This document shows positions 52,931 to 64,000 of a stretch of 64,000 bases of DNA, piece after piece. The notes beneath the pieces are model-generated. The model was not told the origin of the DNA. It did not search any database and saw only the letters and a program-made list of their open reading frames with translations. Both the position numbers and the translations under genes were made by a program. The DNA comes from the human T2T-CHM13v2.0 reference genome, Homo sapiens. The stretch lies in assembly GCF_009914755.1 (NCBI RefSeq), contig NC_060934.1; one strand, written 5' to 3'. The stretch's first letter is position 1; every line of letters begins with the position of its first letter.

Positions 52931-53350
52931 ATACATTAGCCTTCCCCTACCCAGAGCCCACCCCTCCTCTCTAAAAACTGATCCCTCAGGCCAAGAGCCA
53001 CCTCTGGTCTCCTCAGGAAGATCCTAACCTGTAACCCCTCCATACCTTGTGAGTCTTGTTCCCCGCCTGGGCTATCCTTGCCCCATTCCTCTGAGAACCA
53101 TTCCCTTTCATTACCCAGTACTCCCCAAATCCAATCCTGCCCATACTCTGCCTCCTCTCTCATCTGCCCCGATCCCTCTTCCATTTTCCTCTCTCCCATC
53201 CTTGACTCCTTCACCTCCATCATCCTCTCCTAACTTCCCGCCCTCCACTTGTCCCTTACCCCATTTTCCTCTCCTGACTCTACTCTTCTCCCCATTCTGA
53301 CCCAGCCTTGAGTTCCCTAAGCCCCTCCCTCCTGCCTTATTTCCCCATAG

Positions 53351-53469
53351 ACTGGAACATCTGCTGCTTCATAAGCAATGGGGAGCTGTATGAGGCCATT
53401 TTCTACAGCGGCCTTTTCCTCAGGAACAACACATATGACCTTCACTCCTTCCTTAAGTTCATCCTCTAG
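53351..53469 (+). pseudogene. Prominin-like exon after TM2: (TG)NICCFISNGELYEAIFYSGLFLRNNTYDLHSFLKFIL*
   Basis: AG/GT bounded, 119 nt (PROM1: 121); gapless to PROM1 [40 protein letters not shown] with G, F, N, I, S, N, D, L, L identical. Confidence 0.8.
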
Positions 53470-53675
53470 GTGTAGAGGGGGACTTGACTCTTCCTCCACC
53501 CCTGGGAATTTCCCTCTTTTCCCCCAGCTCAGCTCTACTCATACCCCTATTCCAGAATCCCGGTCTCCCAGAGCGCCTGGGTTCACACCCACAGGAGTGT
53601 CAGATTCTAGGCTTCACAGTCCCAGGAACCAGACCCCAGCCCACCCAATCTCATTTCTCTATCCCTTCTCCCTAG

Positions 53676-53743
53676 GGGATTATTTCTGGGCATTTCTATC
53701 TTTGGATGGAAGCCCATCAGAAAAATCCAATCCAACCTGCTGG
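53676..53743 (+). pseudogene. Prominin-like short exon ending KPIRKIQSNLL
   Basis: CCCTTCTCCCTAG acceptor, GTGAGG donor, 68 nt with phase-1 end (PROM1 equivalent: 64 nt, phase 1). Confidence 0.6.
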
Positions 53744-53821
53744 GTGAGGTGGAACTAGTCTTCAGTGGGACCAGAAAGGGTGGTGCTCTCTGATGGTTCA
53801 TCTTTATCCTGTCTCCCCCAG

Positions 53822-54227
<406 letters not shown>

Positions 54228-54891
54228 TCAAGAAGAGCCTCAACAAGACTGGCTCCATGAGGATGGTTTGAGGGAGTGGATAGGGGTAGGGGTCATGGGG
54301 AGCAACCCAAAGCAGGCTCAGTAAAGAGCAGTTTGAAGCTCACACTGACATATTCAGGACCCTCTAGCTAGAAAAATAAATGCTTGGGAGGGAGGCACAG
54401 CTTTTAGGTTTAAATCTCACTTTAACCACAATGGAGTCACATCACTGGCACATTTAACTCAGGGCCAGGATAGCTATGTGCATTCAGTAAAGGGCAATTT
54501 CGTTGTAAACAGCTGGCAGGGTAAGAAGGGAGACAGCATCTCAGAGACACTAAGTGTGAGTTTAGTGATTCGAGCATTTTTTACATAACAGGGACCCTTA
54601 ATGCAAGCCAACTTCAAATCTGGTGCTCAACCACTGAAACGAGCAATTTGTTCCAATGATGGACAAAAACCAGACTGAGTTGGATTTATTGAGAGGCCAG
54701 CTCTACTTATTTTATGGATGATTTAAGAAATTGCCATGGTTTGTTTTGAAAATATTCCATTTTTGACCTATGTATTGACATTAGAACCTAATCTCTTTGT
54801 ACATTATAATTCTGCTTTATTTTGTGACCTTTTCTCAGTCGTTTAACCTCTGAGCCTCCATTTCCTCCTGTGTAAAATAGAGTTAGAAAAA

Positions 54892-55123
54892 CCGGCCTTC
54901 AAGTAGCCTTGTCCTCTGCCTTTGTCTTCTGTGTTGATGCCACCTCAAGCTGGCCAGTCTCCTTGGGACCAAACAGCGTGCCTTCAATTAAGGTGCAGAG
55001 TTCTGATGGAGAGATATTTGAAGTTGAGGTGGAAATTGCCAAACAATCCGTGACTATCAAAACCATGTTGGAAGATTTGGGAATGAATGATAGAAGAGAT
55101 GATGACCTAGTCATTTATCACAT
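54892..55123 (+). pseudogene. SKP1: SKP1 processed pseudogene, 5' part (5' UTR plus codons 1-~49; ATG>GTG at 54978)
   Basis: [37 protein letters not shown] matches SKP1 [37 protein letters not shown]. Confidence 0.93.
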
Positions 55124-55128
55124 TTATT

Positions 55129-55268
55129 ATTATTATTAATTTTTTTAAGTGGAGATGAGGCCTCGCCATATTGCCTAGCCTGGTCTCAAACTCCTGGGCT
55201 CAAGTGATCCTCCTGCCTCAGCCTCCCAAAGTGCTGGGATTACAGGCATGAGCCACTGCACCCAGTCC
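55129..55268 (-). mobile_element. Alu left monomer (FLAM-like), right inversion breakpoint
   Basis: On minus, preceded by ACAAGGAGA (55277-55269) and followed by AATAAATGTGA (55128-55118). Confidence 0.8.
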
Positions 55269-55297
55269 TCTCCTTGTGGTTTATTCTCTCAGTAAGT
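55269..55297 (-). pseudogene. Prominin-like exon 2, 5' half ((D)LLRE*TTRR)
   Basis: Acceptor TTCTTCCTCCTCCACCTGGACCTAG, phase-1 start like PROM1 'DTLRK'; ends in ACAAGGAGA next to an Alu monomer head. Confidence 0.6.
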
Positions 55298-55469
55298 CTA
55301 GGTCCAGGTGGAGGAGGAGGAAGAATGTACCCAATTAGCCAGCACCTATTAGGCAAAGGACAGCCCCTCCTGCACCCCATCTTCATGCCAGGTTGTATCT
55401 TGATATACTGACATGGAATAGGAGGGCTTCAATGGGGTGCTTCAGGGCATCTCTGCTTTACTGCTAGCC

Positions 55470-55727
55470 TGGCCTACCTAACTTGCAATTTCCTAAATCA
55501 TAACTCCATCCCATTCCTGATTCTTCCTGCCTCCAGTCCTCCCACCTGTCCCACTTCAGGCTTCCAACTATTCTCACTCCTGTGGGTTTTAGAGCATCCC
55601 CTGGGGCCACCTCCTGGCAGTGAACTGGCTGACCCAGGAAAGGTAGAGGAACTATTTTTTGTCTGATAGGTGGCTGGGGACAGAGAAGTCCTAGCCCCAG
55701 ATCTCCCAGGGCTGCTGGGCGTATCAC
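55470..55727 (-). pseudogene. Prominin-like pseudogene, candidate first exon (signal-peptide-like start; GMGWSYDLGNCKLG)
   Basis: LGDLGLGLLCPQ...FLGQPVH loosely resembles the PROM2 N-terminus; expected position upstream of exon 2. Weak similarity. Confidence 0.4.
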
Positions 55728-56141
55728 AATACCTAATTTTTATCGAAAGTTTATTCTGTGCCAGACACTTTCTAAATTCTCTATATCAGTTCATCCTCCT
55801 AACAACCCTCTAAAACAAATGCTATTATTATCTCCACTTTAGACAGAAGGAAGTAAGGTCAAAGAGGTTAAATAACTTGCTCAGGGTTAGCCGTCTATAA
55901 TCCCGGTTGGGCAAGGATTCAAAATAGGGGTGTCTATTGCAGGAGCCTGTCCTCTGAACCACAGTGCTGTGATTCCTCTGGGGATCCCCATTTGAGTTCA
56001 TGGCACTGGCATCCTTCCAGTTCCTTCAAACATCAGCATTGCCATCCATCCTTCCCACCACTCACCACCTATGACTCAGTAAGGAATAGAATTGTATCCA
56101 TTCCTCTCTTTTCTTCCCCAGGCCCAACACAAATGCCCTAA

Positions 56142-56294
<153 letters not shown>

Positions 56295-56643
56295 TGAGTA
56301 GCTGGGATTACAGGTTCATGCCACCACACCCAGCTAATTTTTGTATTTTTAGTAGAGGCGAGGTTTCACCTTGTTGGCCAGGCTGTTCTCGAACTCCTGA
56401 CCTCAAGTGATCCACGCACCTCAGCCTCTTAAAGTGCTGGGATTACAGGCATGAGCCACCGCGCCCGGCCCGATCAGGATTCTTGGTCTTTTATGGTTAT
56501 TATTTGTTACTATAAAGATGGCCTGGGCCAGGAGCGGTGGCTCATGCCTGTAATCCCAGCACTTTGGGAGGCCAAGGCAGGAGGATCGCTTCAGCCCAGG
56601 AGTTCAAGGCCAGCTTGGGCAACATAATGAGATCCCATCTCTA

Positions 56644-57120
<477 letters not shown>

Positions 57121-57210
57121 TGAGCCACCTCACCCAGACAAATATGATATTTAAAAAGGTAGCATGAGTGCATTAAAGGAAGCTTGACAAATAGGCAAAA
57201 ATCCAACTAG

Positions 57211-57447
<237 letters not shown>

Positions 57448-57784
57448 TGATCCGCCCACCTTGGCCTCCGAAAGTGCTGGGATTACAGGTGTGAGCCACC
57501 GCGCCCAGCCTAGAGCCCAATCTTCTTGTTACCACCAATCTTCTTATTACCACCCATCCACCTTTTCCTATCACACAAGTTTTAACAGAATTGAAGCCAC
57601 TTTGTATGATTTTTTTTTTTTTTTTGAGATGGAGTTTCACTCTTGTTGCCCAGGCTTGAGTGCAATGGTGTGATCTCGGCTCACCGCAACCTCCATCTCC
57701 TTGGTCTCAAGTAATCTGCCTGTCTCAGCCTTCCAAAGTGCTGGCATTACAGGCACTAGCCACTGCACCTGACCTAGCAGCCTA

Positions 57785-58610
<826 letters not shown>

Positions 58611-58778
58611 ATCTATTTATTTATTGACAAGGTCTCACTCTGTTGCCCAGGCTGGAGTGCATTTGCCTGATCTTGGCTCACTGCAACCTTGACCTCCTGG
58701 GCTCAAGGCATCCTCCCACCTCAGCCTCTAGAGTAGCTGATTACTACATGCTTGTCTAATAGTTGTATTTTTTTGTAG

Positions 58779-59264
<486 letters not shown>

Positions 59265-59678
59265 TAGCCAGGATGGTCTCGATCTGCTGACCTCGTGATC
59301 TGCCCGTCTCAGCCTCCCAAAGTGCTGGGATTACAGGCATGAGCCACCACGCCCGGCCATGCCCGGCTAGTTTTTATATTTTTAGTAGAGGTGGGGTTTC
59401 ACCATGTTGTCCAGGCTGGTCTCGAACTCCTGACCTCAGGTAATCCACCCACCTCAGCCTCCCAAAGTGCTGGGATTACAGGGGTGAGCCACTGCGCCCA
59501 GCTGTCATTTTTATTTTTATTTGTTTTGTTTTTGAGACAGATTCTCACACCGTTGCTCAGGCTGAAGTGCAGTGGCACAATCTCAGCTCACTGCAACCTC
59601 TGTCCCGGGTTCAAGCGATCTCCAGTCTCAGCCCCCAAGTAGCTGGGATTACAAGCGCCTGCCACCATGTCCGGCTAA

Positions 59679-59906
<228 letters not shown>

Positions 59907-60152
59907 TGAACTCCTGACCTCACGTGATCCGCCTGCCTCAGCCCCTCAAAAGGCTGGGACGACAGGCATGACCCACCATGCCTGGCTCCCATTTATTTAT
60001 TGAGGGGCCTTTTAAAAAACAAAACAAAACCTATTTTGCATAAATTAATTATACAAAAATTATTTATTTATTTATTTTTAGGATCAGAGTCTTGCTATGC
60101 TGCCCAGGCTGGGCTCAAACTCCGAAGCTTTTTTTTCTTTTTCTTTTTTTGA

Positions 60153-60254
<102 letters not shown>

Positions 60255-61988
60255 TGAGTAGCTGGGACTACAGGCGCCCGCCACCGTGCCCGGCTAATTT
60301 TTTATATTTTTTAGTAGAGAAGGGGTTTCACCGTGTTAGCTAGGATAGTCTCGATCTTCTGACCTTGTGATCCGCCCGCCTCGTCCTCCCAAAGTGCTGG
60401 GATTACAGGTGTGAGCCACTGCGCCCGGCCTCAAACTCCGAAGCTTTATAAAGGGATCCTCCTGCCTCACCCTCCCCAGTAGCTTGGACTACAGGTGTCC
60501 CACACTGCACCCTACTTATACAAAAACATTTTAACTCTTTATCATATTTGCTGCAAATATATTTCTCAGCATATTGCTTTCTTGTTTGTTCTCTTTAGAG
60601 GTTTGGTTTCGTTTTTACTTATACATATATACACCAAAGTTGTAAATTTGTATGTAGTCAAACTGGTCATTCTTTCCTTTTTTTTTTTTTAATTGGGATA
60701 AAATTTACTCTCTTCCTTTTTGATTTCTTCTATAGTATTTAAGCTTGCAAGTTTATCACCCACACACATATTCCTACAAGGCTGATGAATACTATTTAAT
60801 CTCATTTTCTTCTAACTTTATTTACTTACATTTAATTCTTTAATCTTGTTTTTCTTTTTTTTTTTTTTCTTTTTTGATGGAGTCTTCTCTGTCACCCAGG
60901 CTGGAGTGCAGTGGCACTATCTCAGCTTACTACAACCTCAGCCTCCCAGGTCAAGCAATTCTCCTGCCTCAGCCTCCCGTAGCTGGGATTACAGGTACCT
61001 GCTACCACACCTGGCTAGTTTTTTTTTGTATTTTTAGTAGAGACAGGGTTTCACCATGTTGGCCAGGCTTGAACTCCTGACCTCAGGTTTTGAACTGCTG
61101 ACCTCAGGTGATCCACCCACCTCGGCCTCCCAAAGTGCTGGGATTACAGGCGTGAGCCACCACACCCGGACTAATTCTTTAATCTTGTATTTGTTTTATT
61201 TTATAAGTTAGGATCTTTTTGTGTGGTTTGGTTTGGGTTTTCTACATTACTAGCAGCATGGACCTCATAGCCTCCTAATTAGTTTCCCCTCTCCAGTTCT
61301 ACACACCACATCAAACTAACCTTATTTAAAAAAAATAAAAAAATTTAAAAAATAACAGATCTGAGTAGGTCACTTCTCTGTTGAAAAACTTTTGGTGGTT
61401 TTCCACTCTCTATAAAATTAAGTCTAAACTTCATTGGCCAGGCTGGTCTTGAACTCCTGACCTCAGGTGATCCACCCGCCTCGGCCTCCGAAAGTGCTGG
61501 GAGTACAGGTGTGAGCCACCACACCCGGCCCTTTCTCTCTTTTCTGGAAGGCAGGGACCAGCTCTTAAACATGACCTGCATTAGATCCTTTGGTGACAAC
61601 CCATTACATTTGGATGAAATTCAAAATCCTTGCTGGCTCTGTGACCTTGGGCAAGCTGCTTGACCTCTCTGTTCCTTAGTTTCCTCCTAGGTAAATAAAA
61701 TGGGAGACAGCTGGGCGTAGTAGTGCATGCCTTTAGTCCTAGCTATTTGAACGGCTGAGGCGTGAGAATCCTTTGAACCCAGGAGTTCATGGCTGAGATG
61801 AGATATGATAGCATCATTGCACTCCAGCCTGGGTGACAGTGAGACCCTGTCTCACAAAATATATAAATAAAAATAAAAAATAGGCCAGGCTAGCGGCCAG
61901 GTGCGGTGGCTCACGCCTGTAATCCCAGCACTTTGGGAGGCCGAGGCAGGCGGATCATGAGGTCAGGAGATTGAGACCATCCTGGCTA

Positions 61989-62890
<902 letters not shown>

Positions 62891-62997
62891 TGATCTGCCT
62901 GCCTCAGCCTCCCAAAGTGCTGGGATTACAGGCGTGCGCCACCGCGCCTGGCCCAATGTGGTCAGTTTTTTTTGTTTGTTTGTTTGTTTTGAGATAG

Positions 62998-63138
<141 letters not shown>

Positions 63139-63318
63139 TAGTAGAGACAGGGTTTCACCATGTTGGCCAAACTGGTCTCGAACTCCTGACCTTGTGATCT
63201 GCCCGCCTTGGCCTCCCAAAGTGCTGGGATTACAGGCGTGAGCCACCTCGCTTGGCTGGTCAGTTTTTAATGAGAAAATTGACTTAAAGGGTTTCTCACA
63301 GTAGCTGGTGCAGAATGA

Positions 63319-63640
<322 letters not shown>

Positions 63641-63718
63641 TAGCCAGGATGGTCTTGATCTCCTGAGCTCGTGATTCGCCCGCCTCGGCCTCCCAAAGTG
63701 TTGGGATTACAGGCATGA

Positions 63719-63904
<186 letters not shown>

Positions 63905-64000
63905 TAGTAGAGATGGGGTTTCACCATGTTGGCTAGGCTGGTCTTGAACTCCTGACCTCAGGTGATCTGCCCGCCTCGGCCTCCCAAAGTGCTGGGATTA

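Overview
Primate (human-type), extremely Alu-dense genomic DNA; by gene content it is the ARMH3(C10orf76)-HPS6 locus (human 10q24, from recall). It contains the 5' end of ARMH3 on the minus strand (non-coding exon 1 in a CpG island, first coding exon at 5025-5137, an SVA in the next intron), a solo LTR13, and the single-exon HPS6 CDS (30487-32814). The main finding lies in the apparently empty DNA downstream of HPS6 (about 38.7-55.7 kb): a decayed, multi-exon prominin-family gene with TM1, Cys-rich loop, TM2, helical extracellular-loop exons and TM5 in colinear order, with several exon lengths and phases matching PROM1 as I recall them. It is probably a unitary pseudogene of a third prominin. 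Its 5' exons are on the opposite strand because an ~4 kb segment (about 51.1-55.3 kb) was inverted between two opposed Alu monomers. Three independent signs support the inversion: swapped target-site duplications, a split prominin exon, and a split SKP1 retrocopy. All protein alignments were done by eye from remembered sequences and need computational confirmation. No CRISPR, rRNA or tRNA features were seen.
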